From Mustelus asterias (Eukaryota): a stretch of 64,000 nucleotides of DNA. Made by a program: the position numbers and the translations under genes. Location of the stretch: positions 73,098,001 through 73,162,000 of the forward strand of contig NC_135803.1 of assembly GCF_964213995.1 (NCBI RefSeq), written 5' to 3'. Below, in pieces: positions 63,755 through 64,000 of this stretch; the stretch's first letter is position 1, and every line of letters begins with the position of its first letter. Under the pieces are notes generated by a model, which was given only the letters and a program-made list of their open reading frames with translations, was not told where the DNA came from and searched no databases.

Positions 63755-64000
63755 TTACAGTATCGTCCCAGTCCATGTCCGTGGCATCTCCTGCTCTACC
63801 TCCAATGGTGAACAACCTTGGCCTTCCTGGTAATGAGCTGCCGCCTGGTGCATCCCCCCGAAAGAAACCCCGCAAACAGCAGCACATCATCTCCACTGAA
63901 GAGAGCGAAATGATGGAAACAAATAGCACAGATGAGGAAAAGAACAACAGCAGCAAGCCAGTACTCCTTAAAGCAGAAAAAAGGAAATCTCCTCCAAAAG
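63755..64000 (+). CDS. SAP130: SAP130 coding exon 16 (truncated by window end)
   Basis: GASPRKKPRKQQHIISTEE...METNSTDEEK...KAEKRKSPPK after a long polypyrimidine tract. Confidence 0.92.

Overview
Eukaryotic, intron-rich vertebrate DNA, most likely from a cartilaginous fish (inferred from HE1-like and Deu-type tRNA SINEs and abundant CR1, L2 and Penelope-like elements). Three host genes were reconstructed by hand from splice sites and codon phase. (1) The 5' end of MTERF4 (minus; exons 3658-3678 and 538-1057). (2) A complete 6-exon RING-Bbox-Bbox-coiled coil-PRY/SPRY TRIM gene (minus, 6554-19392, 529 aa). (3) SAP130 (plus; CpG-island promoter near 31.3-31.7 kb, 16 coding exons from 35619, running off the window). 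The rest is mostly nested retroelements. Most notable non-genic signals: a ~290-bp U2 snRNA-headed, highly structured inserted element; Penelope-like elements with minimal hammerhead ribozymes showing stem covariation, one in sense orientation in the likely TRIM 3'UTR; and a TSD-flanked ~1-kb-arm fold-back Penelope insertion in MTERF4 intron 1. All coordinates were read by eye and no database searches were run.
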